Shown piece after piece: positions 27,965-37,465 of a DNA stretch of 64,000 nucleotides. The notes below the pieces were generated by a model, which was not told the DNA's origin, did not search any database, and was given only the letters and a program-made list of their open reading frames with translations. This DNA is from a virus: positions 13,442 through 77,441 of the IMG/VR virus record IMGVR_UViG_3300011013_000009, one strand, 5' to 3'. Within the stretch, counting starts at the first letter, position 1. Every line of letters begins with the position of its first letter. Made by a program: the position numbers and the translations under genes.

Positions 27965-29221
27965 ATGAAAACATTAATAACTACATTAAAACAATTACCA
28001 AACCAAGGACAGCGAGTACCTAGGGGAGGCGAAGTAAATAGAGAAGCACTTGGCGATCGGGCAACTGCGGCTGGTGAAGCAGCATTGAATGCTCAAATAC
28101 AAGCACAGGCACAAGTAATAGCCGAACAAATTATTGCTCAGCAACAACAAGCTGATATATTATCTAAAAACGGATCGACATTCTCAGTGTTTAATCCTAC
28201 AGAAGATATTGTTGATAAACAAACAGAGGTTGTTACTGCGGGGCTGTGGAGTGATAATCAAGGAACGTTAACGACACACTTTTCTTCATCAACTCAAACA
28301 GTTAGTCAAGTTCGTCATTACGTAGATGTATATCAAAAACTTCCTTCTGATACTGGTTCGGCTGTACAATATGCTTTATCATATGGACATGTAGATGGAA
28401 GTGGTTCTTCGAATTTAGGAACACAGGAAAATCCGGCATCAAAAGCTACATATGCTCAATATAAACAATTATTATTAGAAAAGACTGCAACTAGGTTTGT
28501 TACTGCCGGATCTGGTAGTACCGATTCTGTTTATGTTATTAATGTACAACGTAATAGAATGAAAGAGCAATTAGATGCAGGAAATTGGCAATTACCATTA
28601 ACTGGAGTTACTTCTAGAGCAACTAATGCAACTGGTAGCGTTGCAGTTGGATCGGTTAGTGGATCTATAACATTGATAGATGATTCAAGTGTTAATACTG
28701 GTACTGTTGGAGAGACAGGAGTCGTTTATAATGTAGTATCAGGTAGTATTGATAATGGAGTTCATAATTCTACAAATCCTGTTTATTATGGATTATTTTA
28801 TCCGAAACATGGAGCAATTGTATTAGACGGAAAAATGTTAGATCAACAATTGAGTTTTGATACTAATACAACTTCAAATTCAGAAGGAAATAATCATTAT
28901 GCGTTATTCCATTCTATATCTGGTTCTGCTAGTGCTTCTTCAGAAGGATTTGAAGCAAGAAACCAAGAAACAGTAACGAGTACTCATTATTTTGTAAGAG
29001 TTAAAAATGGAATGTTTAATTTCTCAAATAATCCTTCTTATACAACTGGAAGTGTTGGAACGTTAGCACAAAGTACTTTTGTAGGTGCACCTAAATCTTA
29101 TGTAACGACAGTTGGATTGTATAATGATCAACAAGAATTGTTAGCAGTTGCAAAATTAAGCAAACCATTATTGAAATCATTTTCTAGAGAAGCGTTGATT
29201 AGAGTTAAATTAGATTTTTAA
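27965..29221 (+). CDS. Baseplate structural protein
   Basis: C-terminal YVTTVGLYNDQQELLAVAKLSKP. Confidence 0.6.
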   Translation: MKTLITTLKQLPNQGQRVPRGGEVNREALGDRATAAGEAALNAQIQAQAQVIAEQIIAQQQQADILSKNGSTFSVFNPTEDIVDKQTEVVTAGLWSDNQGTLTTHFSSSTQTVSQVRHYVDVYQKLPSDTGSAVQYALSYGHVDGSGSSNLGTQENPASKATYAQYKQLLLEKTATRFVTAGSGSTDSVYVINVQRNRMKEQLDAGNWQLPLTGVTSRATNATGSVAVGSVSGSITLIDDSSVNTGTVGETGVVYNVVSGSIDNGVHNSTNPVYYGLFYPKHGAIVLDGKMLDQQLSFDTNTTSNSEGNNHYALFHSISGSASASSEGFEARNQETVTSTHYFVRVKNGMFNFSNNPSYTTGSVGTLAQSTFVGAPKSYVTTVGLYNDQQELLAVAKLSKPLLKSFSREALIRVKLDF

Positions 29222-29284
29222 AAGTAACTCATTGATTTTAGACCTGTTATATTTATTATAAAAGTATAGCAGGTTTTTACTATT

Positions 29285-30829
29285 ATGCCAAATCATATAA
29301 CAGACGAATATAAAGGTGTTTATCCGCAAGTACTAAAAAAGGTAGAGCCGAGCGATTATAAAGTTAATCAATTTGAAGCTAACAAACAATTTATTTTTAC
29401 TTCAGGTAGCGCTGTTACAGATGGTTATACTCCATTACAAGGAATATATGTATCTTCGTTGCCTCCTATATCTAGTAGCCAAACGTTTAATTCTGCTACC
29501 AACGTCGATGGCTCATATCAATTTTCAACATATTATTCTATCAATCAATTGTTTTATAAACGAAAAGGAGAACCAAGTAAAACTCATGGACCAACTAATC
29601 TAAATAGAACTTCAAAATTTCTATATGAGTCTGCTTCGGTATTTGCAATACCACAAACCAAATTTGGCGAAGCTATTAAACCAGCTTCGTTTACATATAC
29701 CGGATCTGTTAGTTTGAAATCTGATCGTTATGGAAATATATATGATGAAAATATTTCTACCGGTTCATTTCCTGGCGGAGAAACATTTTATGAAGGGTTC
29801 AATGAATATTTTGATTTAACAAGAATTCCTTATGTATCTGCATTAGGTGTTACATATATTGATGGTGTTACTACAAGTAATGGAAGTCAATTACCAATTG
29901 GATTATCAGCAAGATTTTCTGGATCTGGATATATTGAAAGTGATTTGCCTGGATATTATAATCGTGATTATAATTATGCAATTTCTTTCTTCATATCAAG
30001 TGGATCTGCAACGGCTGATGAATTAATACTAGGAAAAATATCAGCATCAAATACTCCACAATATCCATTTAATGTACAATTAAGTGGTAGCAATCAATTA
30101 AAATTTTCCGCAGGTGGTTCTAATACTTTTACAGCAGAAATTTCATCATCAACATTTGTTAGTAGTAGCTGGACACACGTTGTATGCCAAAAGTCAGGTA
30201 GCGAATTACAATTATATATAGACGCAACATTACACGCATCTGCTAGCTCAAATTTATTGTTATCCGCATTCAATACACCATTTACCGCATCTGCTAGAAT
30301 CGACAATGATTATCCACTCAAAATAGGCGGATATAGCCCCAATACCGGCAATCTACACGCAGATCTAGATGAAATTAGGATTTTTAATAAATCATTGACT
30401 CAAGCTCAAATAACATCGTTATCGGACCGTAGCGAGGGCGGAGGTTTATTGCAAACTGATAGAGTTGGCAATGTATTTAATAAACAAGGATTAGTAGTAA
30501 TTTCTAGTACAGATTATAGATATGATGATATATTAACTGCTAATTATACCTCAAGTTATAAGAGCACTATTACATTATATGAGCATTCTATATTAGCAAG
30601 ATTAAATGCTGGAGATTTTAATATATCTTCAAATCCTACTACTTTAAAAGATGATGGGTTTAACATTCAGAATTGGGCCACCGGTAGTAATTTTAATCCT
30701 TATATAACAGAAATCGGATTGTATAATGATGCTGGACAATTATTAGCAATAGGAAAATTAGCAACACCAATTAAAAAAAGAGATGATATCGATATGAATT
30801 TTTTAATTAACATTGATATTGATAAGTAA
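29285..30829 (+). CDS. LamG-domain baseplate protein
   Basis: WTHVVCQK...LYID...DLDEIRIFNKSL; same C-terminal YITEIGLYND..QLLAIGKL module as the previous gene. Confidence 0.75.
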   Translation: MPNHITDEYKGVYPQVLKKVEPSDYKVNQFEANKQFIFTSGSAVTDGYTPLQGIYVSSLPPISSSQTFNSATNVDGSYQFSTYYSINQLFYKRKGEPSKTHGPTNLNRTSKFLYESASVFAIPQTKFGEAIKPASFTYTGSVSLKSDRYGNIYDENISTGSFPGGETFYEGFNEYFDLTRIPYVSALGVTYIDGVTTSNGSQLPIGLSARFSGSGYIESDLPGYYNRDYNYAISFFISSGSATADELILGKISASNTPQYPFNVQLSGSNQLKFSAGGSNTFTAEISSSTFVSSSWTHVVCQKSGSELQLYIDATLHASASSNLLLSAFNTPFTASARIDNDYPLKIGGYSPNTGNLHADLDEIRIFNKSLTQAQITSLSDRSEGGGLLQTDRVGNVFNKQGLVVISSTDYRYDDILTANYTSSYKSTITLYEHSILARLNAGDFNISSNPTTLKDDGFNIQNWATGSNFNPYITEIGLYNDAGQLLAIGKLATPIKKRDDIDMNFLINIDIDK

Positions 30830-30846
30830 CTGATATTTATTATTAT

Positions 30847-32685
30847 ATGAATAAATTAGACATTATATTAGATCGGTTAAATGTTACCGTTGACAATCCA
30901 AAATATTCTAGCTTAATTAAAGAAGAAATGGATCGAGCTAAACAATTACAATTACTTAATGAAGTAATAAAAATTAAGTGGGAATTAAAAGATATATCAA
31001 ATGTTAAAAAGTTTTTAGATCAAGGATTTGATGATGCATTTCGTGTAAAGCGTGTAACAAATAAACCTAAAAAACTTAAAGAATTAACTATAACAGAATT
31101 TTTAACAACAATATTGGATGCGATGACTAACAATAATTGGAAAGAAAAAAATTATTTTAATTCTAATTATGTATTATTTATCGGACCTGATTATCGAAAA
31201 TATACTCCAAAACAAGTTATGGATTTATTAATATTCCCAAAATCTGATATTAATACCGAGGAACTAGATACTTCAAAAAAAATAACATCGATCAATGGTG
31301 CCGATGTTTATAATTATGGAGATTTTCCAGGAGGGCGAATTAAAGGCACTAAAGTTGATCGAAAATCATATAAAGGGAAAGAACAAGATGCAAAAAATTT
31401 ACATGCTCCTGAAGTTAGAGTAGAAACAGAACCAGAAATAGATGCAACTAGTCAATTGACTACTAACATACCATTACCAACATTGAAGCTTGGTTCTAGA
31501 GGAGAAGAAGTTAAAAAATTACAAACTATTTTATTTAATGATCAAACAGAATGGGATGGTAAATTTGGAACCAAAACAAAAGCGTTTTTAACGGCGTGGC
31601 AACAAGTTAATATTCTTAATCTTGATGGTATATATGGCCCAAGCTCATATGAGCGAATGAAACAAACTAATGGAACTTGGTCATTAGGAAAAACTGAAAC
31701 TGGCGCCAATGGATCAGTAAAACAAAATAAAACCGATTTAGGAAATTATATTTACACTGAATTAAAGAAAAAATCTAAATCTAAAAGCGATACTAATGTT
31801 GGGTCAATTTGGTCGGCTCTAAGAGAAGCTCAACGAGGCTATATTACAAAAATATTGGAAGAAACAAATGCTGAATCTTATATAAAACCGGGTACTACAA
31901 TAATTGGTGTTGTTGATACTACGAGCAATCGATTTTTTAGAGACGATTTAAAAAAAATGGGAAGAGAATGGGTTAATGCAATACAGAAAAAAGTTTTGTA
32001 TTTTACAAAATGGAATGATTCATCAAGTAGAATTCCAGAATGGGGTGGTGGACCTGGAGGCCAAATATCATTAATTTATAAGTATACTAACGTAACTACT
32101 TTAGATGTAAACTCGCCTGGAGCTTATATGAAATATGATACAACAAAATCTGAAGAAAAACCTAAAGATACTAAAGTAGTAAAATATCCAAAATTAGATG
32201 AAGATGAATTTTTAATTGTTAAAGCGTGGCAAAGTAATACTGGTAAAAAATCAAATTGGGGAGTTCGACAACCTGCTTTAGAATATAAAGTTAAAGATAG
32301 GTATGGAAATACTCCAAGTTTAGCAACGTTGAAAAAATATTTCGGTGGGTCTAGATTTGGCTCCTCAATTGGACGATTTAAATGGTATGGTACTGGAAAA
32401 ACATGGGAGGCATCTAAAGGCTCTATTAAATTTTATATGAAACCATATAAAGATGGAACGTTATATACTCCGGGACATTATATGGACTGGGGAAATGATC
32501 CGTATTGGATTAATTCCCATGCAGCTGGAATTATGAAAAAAGCAAAAAATATAGGAAATGGTAAGATGAAAATTAGTCCAGATGTAAGAAGTGTATCTTC
32601 AAAATCTAGTTCATCATCTAGTTCATCATCTAGTTCATCATCTAAACCAAGGATGGATTATATAAACACCGGAGGATTAAAATAA
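30847..32685 (+). CDS. Peptidoglycan-binding-domain protein
   Basis: LKLGSRGEEVKKLQ...WDGKFGTKT...LDGIYGPSS; late motif at 30833. Confidence 0.75.
   Translation: MNKLDIILDRLNVTVDNPKYSSLIKEEMDRAKQLQLLNEVIKIKWELKDISNVKKFLDQGFDDAFRVKRVTNKPKKLKELTITEFLTTILDAMTNNNWKEKNYFNSNYVLFIGPDYRKYTPKQVMDLLIFPKSDINTEELDTSKKITSINGADVYNYGDFPGGRIKGTKVDRKSYKGKEQDAKNLHAPEVRVETEPEIDATSQLTTNIPLPTLKLGSRGEEVKKLQTILFNDQTEWDGKFGTKTKAFLTAWQQVNILNLDGIYGPSSYERMKQTNGTWSLGKTETGANGSVKQNKTDLGNYIYTELKKKSKSKSDTNVGSIWSALREAQRGYITKILEETNAESYIKPGTTIIGVVDTTSNRFFRDDLKKMGREWVNAIQKKVLYFTKWNDSSSRIPEWGGGPGGQISLIYKYTNVTTLDVNSPGAYMKYDTTKSEEKPKDTKVVKYPKLDEDEFLIVKAWQSNTGKKSNWGVRQPALEYKVKDRYGNTPSLATLKKYFGGSRFGSSIGRFKWYGTGKTWEASKGSIKFYMKPYKDGTLYTPGHYMDWGNDPYWINSHAAGIMKKAKNIGNGKMKISPDVRSVSSKSSSSSSSSSSSSSKPRMDYINTGGLK
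32605..32644 (+). repeat. 12-nt tandem repeat encoding poly-Ser
   Basis: TCTAGTTCATCA x3 plus TCTA. Confidence 0.9.
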
Positions 32686-32692
32686 TATAGTT

Positions 32693-33178
32693 ATGAAAAA
32701 AAATCATTGGCATACCGCTGGAAGTAAAAAACGTCAAGCGGCATATAAATACGGTTATAAATCTGGATTAGAATTGACAGTTGCTAATCAAATCAAAGAA
32801 GCAAAATATCCAGTAAATTACGAAACTGAAAAATTAGAATATACGGTACCTGCAAAAGATCACAAATATACACCAGACTTTGTATTTCAAAAGAAAAATG
32901 GAGAAACAATGTATATCGAAACAAAAGGTAGATGGACGACTATCGATAGAAGAAAAATGAAACATATATTAGCTTCTAATCCGGATATTGATTTAAGAAT
33001 AGTATTTCAAAACCCAAACCAAAAAATAACAAAAGGTAGTAAAACTACATATGAAATGTATGCAAAGAAGTTAGGAATAACTCATATTGCAAAGAAAGAT
33101 ATCCCAGATGCGTGGTTTAAAGAATGTTTGAAAGATGGAGAAGTTCCAAAACCGAAAAAACAATTTTTAACGTATTAG
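32693..33178 (+). CDS. T7 endonuclease I-like Holliday junction resolvase
   Basis: YKSGLE...YTPDF...IETKGRW...DRRKM...DLRIVFQN...KGSKTTY. Confidence 0.9.
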   Translation: MKKNHWHTAGSKKRQAAYKYGYKSGLELTVANQIKEAKYPVNYETEKLEYTVPAKDHKYTPDFVFQKKNGETMYIETKGRWTTIDRRKMKHILASNPDIDLRIVFQNPNQKITKGSKTTYEMYAKKLGITHIAKKDIPDAWFKECLKDGEVPKPKKQFLTY

Positions 33179-33332
33179 GTTGGATTTGTGAAATTTTTTA
33201 ATTATTTTCTAAATGTAATTAATAAAATGATTATTATTTATTATAATGAAATGTTTAATAAATGATGATCGTTAGATCGTTTATTGATTGTAATTAATAA
33301 ATGTATTTAACCATAATATATAAGCCATATAC

Positions 33333-33363
33333 TTTGAATTCTTCAGTATTTTCATTATAATAT
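33333..33363 (+). promoter_or_regulatory. Host-type promoter for primase/nuclease genes
   Basis: TTTG-N19-TATAATAT. Confidence 0.55.
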
Positions 33364-33367
33364 TAAT

Positions 33368-34309
33368 ATGAAGAATCTTAAATTACTTCAATTATTAGAG
33401 TCTGTATTAGGTAAAGGTAAGAAAACCTCAGGAGATAATATAGCATTTTTCTCTCCATTTACTTCGCATTATAAACCTAAATTAGAAATAAATCTTAACA
33501 CATCAATAGAAGGCCAGAATCCATGGCACTGTTGGATATCTGATAGAAAAGGGCGAACAATTGGTTCGCTATTTAAACAACTAAAACTCCCAAAAGAAAA
33601 ATTTGAGCAATTAAGTCGAATAATACAAACGGCAAAATATCGCAATAATGAAACAGTAAAAACAGAAGAGACATTAAGATTACCAGAAGAATACATACCA
33701 CTCTGGATTCCAAAGAAAACACCTGATTATCGTAATGCAATGCATTATTTAAAAACAAGAGGAGTTACTATATTTGATATTATTAGATACAGAATTGGGT
33801 ATGCTGAATCTGGCGAGTATTCCGGAAAAATAATTATACCAAGTTATAATAAAGAAGGACTTATAAATTATTTTGTATCAAGAGCATATTATTCAAGCGA
33901 TTCTTATAAACACAAAAATCCAAAAGTATCAAAAGATATAATAGGATTTGAAATGTTAATTAATTGGGCAGAGCCAATTGTTTTATGTGAAGGAGCGTTT
34001 GATGCAATAGCAATAAAAAGAAATGCGATACCATTATTTGGAAAAATAATACAACCAACATTACAGAAAAAAATTATAGAAGAACGGGTAAAAGATATAT
34101 ACTTATGTTTAGATCAAGATGCAATTAAAAAAGCATTATCTATCGCAGAGAAATTTATGGCAGAAGGATTAAATGTATATTTCGTAGAATTGCCGGACAA
34201 AGACCCAAGTGAGTTAGGGTTTGAAACAATAAACAAGATGATTACAAATACAACTACATTTTCATTTGAAAGGTTAATGCAGTTAAGAATGAATATAATA
34301 TGGAAATAA
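33368..34309 (+). CDS. DnaG-type DNA primase
   Basis: YLKTRG, IIIPSY, TOPRIM LCEGAFDA...LCLDQDA...KDPSE. Confidence 0.9.
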   Translation: MKNLKLLQLLESVLGKGKKTSGDNIAFFSPFTSHYKPKLEINLNTSIEGQNPWHCWISDRKGRTIGSLFKQLKLPKEKFEQLSRIIQTAKYRNNETVKTEETLRLPEEYIPLWIPKKTPDYRNAMHYLKTRGVTIFDIIRYRIGYAESGEYSGKIIIPSYNKEGLINYFVSRAYYSSDSYKHKNPKVSKDIIGFEMLINWAEPIVLCEGAFDAIAIKRNAIPLFGKIIQPTLQKKIIEERVKDIYLCLDQDAIKKALSIAEKFMAEGLNVYFVELPDKDPSELGFETINKMITNTTTFSFERLMQLRMNIIWK

Positions 34310-37300
34310 AAGAATTAGAAACTAATATAGAGTATATTGATAAGATATTTCACATATCTGATATACATATTAGAACACTAAAACGACACAATGAATTTAA
34401 TAAAGTTTTTGACAATATGTTTTTACACATTGCTCAACACGCAACAGATTCTAGTATTTGTGTTGTAACTGGAGATATAGTACATTCTAAATTAGAAATG
34501 TCTCCGGAACTAATAAACATGTTAACTAAATTCTTTCGTGGCTTTACAATTCCTACAATTGTTATGTTAGGAAATCACGATATGAATTTAAATAATTTAA
34601 ATCGAATAGATGCACTGTCGCCTATATTAAATGTAATTAATAATCCAAATATACATTTTATAAAAGAGAATGGGCTGTTTAAATTAGGAAATGTTGTCTT
34701 TAATCATATGGCAGTAGATGTACAGCCTGAAAATTATATACGAGCAAAAGATTTTGATGCACCATATAAAATTGCATTACACCATGGAGCAGTAGATAGC
34801 GCAGTTACAGATGTAGGATTTGAAATTTCAAATGATCATGTAAAGACAGATTTATTCGAAGGACATGATTTAACATTATTAGGAGATATTCACAAACCAG
34901 CACAATTTTTAAATACAGAAAAAACAATTGGATATCCTGGAAGTTTAATTCAACAAAATCATGGAGAGGCATTAGATCATGGTATGTTAGTTTGGGACCT
35001 CCCAAGTAAAACATCTGAATTTATACAAGTACATAATGAATATGGTTATGTTACATTTGAAGTTAATAAATCAACTATTGTAGATGCACCACACCGAGTT
35101 CCAGAAAAACCAAGAGTAAGAATAAAATTTAATGGAACAGATGCAGCAGATATTAAAAAATTAATTGCAACTATTCGAAACAAATATGATGTACAAGACA
35201 TTTCAATTCAACGGAATACTGACGAATTAGAACAACAGGAATTAGAAGTAAATACAATTGGAAATGTAAGAGATGTTGAATATCAAAATACAATGATAAC
35301 GGAATATGTTGAAAACACATTTCCAGATGCATTAGATTCAGAAGTAGATGCAGTAAGACACATTAATAGAACAATGAATTCTAAATTACCAGCACTCGAT
35401 TCTGTTAGAAACGTAACTTGGTATCCTGTGTCATTTGAATTCGAAAATATGTTTTCATATGGCAAAAAAAGTACTATTGACTTTTCTAAATTAAATGATG
35501 TAGTAGGATTATTTGCCGCAAATACATCTGGAAAATCATCTTTATTAGACGCAATAACATATACTATATTTGATAAATGTAGCAAGACAAGTAAATCAAA
35601 AGAAGTTTTAAATAATAAAAAGTCTACATTTAAAGGAGTATTTAAATTCATGTTAAATAATGAATTATATACTATTGAGCGAGAAGGAATAACATTAAAA
35701 CATGGACATGTTAAAGTAAATGTTAATTTTCATAATGAAACTGAAAATTTCAATGGGGAAGAAAGAAGTGATACAAATAAAATGATTCGAAAGTATCTTG
35801 GTACTTATGATGATTTCATATTAACTGCATTTTCATTACAAGCAGATAATAATAATTTTATAGAAAAGTCACAACGAGAAAGAAAAGATTTATTATCACA
35901 ATTTCTAGATACAACCGTATTTGAACAATTATATCATATTGCATCACAAGAAGTAAAAGAGACAGCTGGCAAGTTAAAAGAATATAAAAAGACGGATTTT
36001 GGAGAAATTATAAAACAATCTGATGAAATTATAACTGATGAGCAACAAGAAATTACAGAATTAGAAAAATCAGAACACGACTTACAAGAGTCACGAAATC
36101 AATTACAAGACGACATTTTAGAATTAATTGACCAAAAACAACCAACATCATATGATGGGCCAGATTTGGAAAAATTACAAGATGTACAAGAAGATTTAGA
36201 TTCAGAAATAGATACTACAGAAAGTAATATACAAGATCAAGAAGAAGTTGTACAACAAACTAATTCCAAATTTAAAGAGTTTAGCGATACTGTTAACGAT
36301 AATCAAGAAGTTACTACAGAAATATTAAAAGAGAAAATTGAAAAGCGTGCTCCTATTGTAAAAGAATTTGAAAGAAATATAAAAAAAATTACCAAGGAAG
36401 AAACTGAGTTAAAACAATTAATAAAAATACAAAAGAAAAAATTAGATCATTTAAAAACACACGAATATGATCCAAATTGTAAATATTGTACATCAAATGT
36501 TTTTATTAAAGAAGCGGAACAAGCAAAACAAGAATTGCCTGATAATGAAATTAGATTAGAGTCAAAACAAAAAGCAATAAAGCATTTCCAAAAACAAGCA
36601 GATGGAATTACAGAAACAATATCCAAATATCAATTAGGAGTAGACTTATTAAATAAATTAGAAACTCAAAAATTACAATTACAAGTAATGCAAAGCGATT
36701 TGCAAACAAAAGAGAATGAATTAAAAACAAATAAAAATCAACAAGACAATTATATAAAAAATGAATCTTCGATCATACATAATAGCGGAATAGATTCAAA
36801 AATTGAAAATAATAAATCATTAATAAAAGATATTAGTACTACATTAAAAGGTATAACTGGGTCGATTAAATCTAAACATGGAAAAATTGAAGTAGCAAAA
36901 ACTAAAAAGAAAAATGCAATCGAACAAATTGAAAAATATAAACAATTAGAAACAGAATATAAAGCATATGAATATTATTTAAGTGCTGTTGGAAGAAATG
37001 GCGTTTCATATGAATTAGTTAAAATTGCATTGCCTAAAATTGAAAACGAAATAAATAATGTATTAAACCAAGTAGTTGATTTTAATATGGTTTTACAGAC
37101 AGATGGAAAAAATATTAATGGATATATTATTTATGATGAAGATAATTTTTGGCCATTAGAATTAACATCAGGAATGGAAAGATTTATTTCTTCATTAGCA
37201 ATTCGTGTAGCATTAATAAATGTATCAGCATTACCAAGACCAAATTTCATAGCAATAGATGAAGGCTGGGGCAGTTTAGATCAAAACCATATGTCATCAA

Positions 37301-37440
37301 TTTCAAATCTATTTGAATATTTTAGAACCAAATTTGAGTTTTGTATTATTATTTCACACGTTGATACAATGAGAGATATGGTAGATAATTTAATCGAGGT
37401 AAATAAGATAGATAATTTCAGCCAGATTGTACATACTTAA
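34300..37440 (+). CDS. Fused SbcD/Mre11 nuclease - SbcC/Rad50 ATPase (gp47-gp46-like)
   Basis: SDIH, GD, GNHD, GDIH, YPGS; Walker A ANTSGKSS; zinc hook CKYC; TSGME; IAIDEG; ISH. Confidence 0.92.
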   Translation: MEIKELETNIEYIDKIFHISDIHIRTLKRHNEFNKVFDNMFLHIAQHATDSSICVVTGDIVHSKLEMSPELINMLTKFFRGFTIPTIVMLGNHDMNLNNLNRIDALSPILNVINNPNIHFIKENGLFKLGNVVFNHMAVDVQPENYIRAKDFDAPYKIALHHGAVDSAVTDVGFEISNDHVKTDLFEGHDLTLLGDIHKPAQFLNTEKTIGYPGSLIQQNHGEALDHGMLVWDLPSKTSEFIQVHNEYGYVTFEVNKSTIVDAPHRVPEKPRVRIKFNGTDAADIKKLIATIRNKYDVQDISIQRNTDELEQQELEVNTIGNVRDVEYQNTMITEYVENTFPDALDSEVDAVRHINRTMNSKLPALDSVRNVTWYPVSFEFENMFSYGKKSTIDFSKLNDVVGLFAANTSGKSSLLDAITYTIFDKCSKTSKSKEVLNNKKSTFKGVFKFMLNNELYTIEREGITLKHGHVKVNVNFHNETENFNGEERSDTNKMIRKYLGTYDDFILTAFSLQADNNNFIEKSQRERKDLLSQFLDTTVFEQLYHIASQEVKETAGKLKEYKKTDFGEIIKQSDEIITDEQQEITELEKSEHDLQESRNQLQDDILELIDQKQPTSYDGPDLEKLQDVQEDLDSEIDTTESNIQDQEEVVQQTNSKFKEFSDTVNDNQEVTTEILKEKIEKRAPIVKEFERNIKKITKEETELKQLIKIQKKKLDHLKTHEYDPNCKYCTSNVFIKEAEQAKQELPDNEIRLESKQKAIKHFQKQADGITETISKYQLGVDLLNKLETQKLQLQVMQSDLQTKENELKTNKNQQDNYIKNESSIIHNSGIDSKIENNKSLIKDISTTLKGITGSIKSKHGKIEVAKTKKKNAIEQIEKYKQLETEYKAYEYYLSAVGRNGVSYELVKIALPKIENEINNVLNQVVDFNMVLQTDGKNINGYIIYDEDNFWPLELTSGMERFISSLAIRVALINVSALPRPNFIAIDEGWGSLDQNHMSSISNLFEYFRTKFEFCIIISHVDTMRDMVDNLIEVNKIDNFSQIVHT

Positions 37441-37465
37441 TATTTATAGAAAAGAGTAATGTTAA

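Noticed and set aside
33368-33400. Primase N terminus (MKNLKLLQLLE) as a cargo leader
   Set aside because: Only loosely similar, part of the folded domain, and under a host-type promoter
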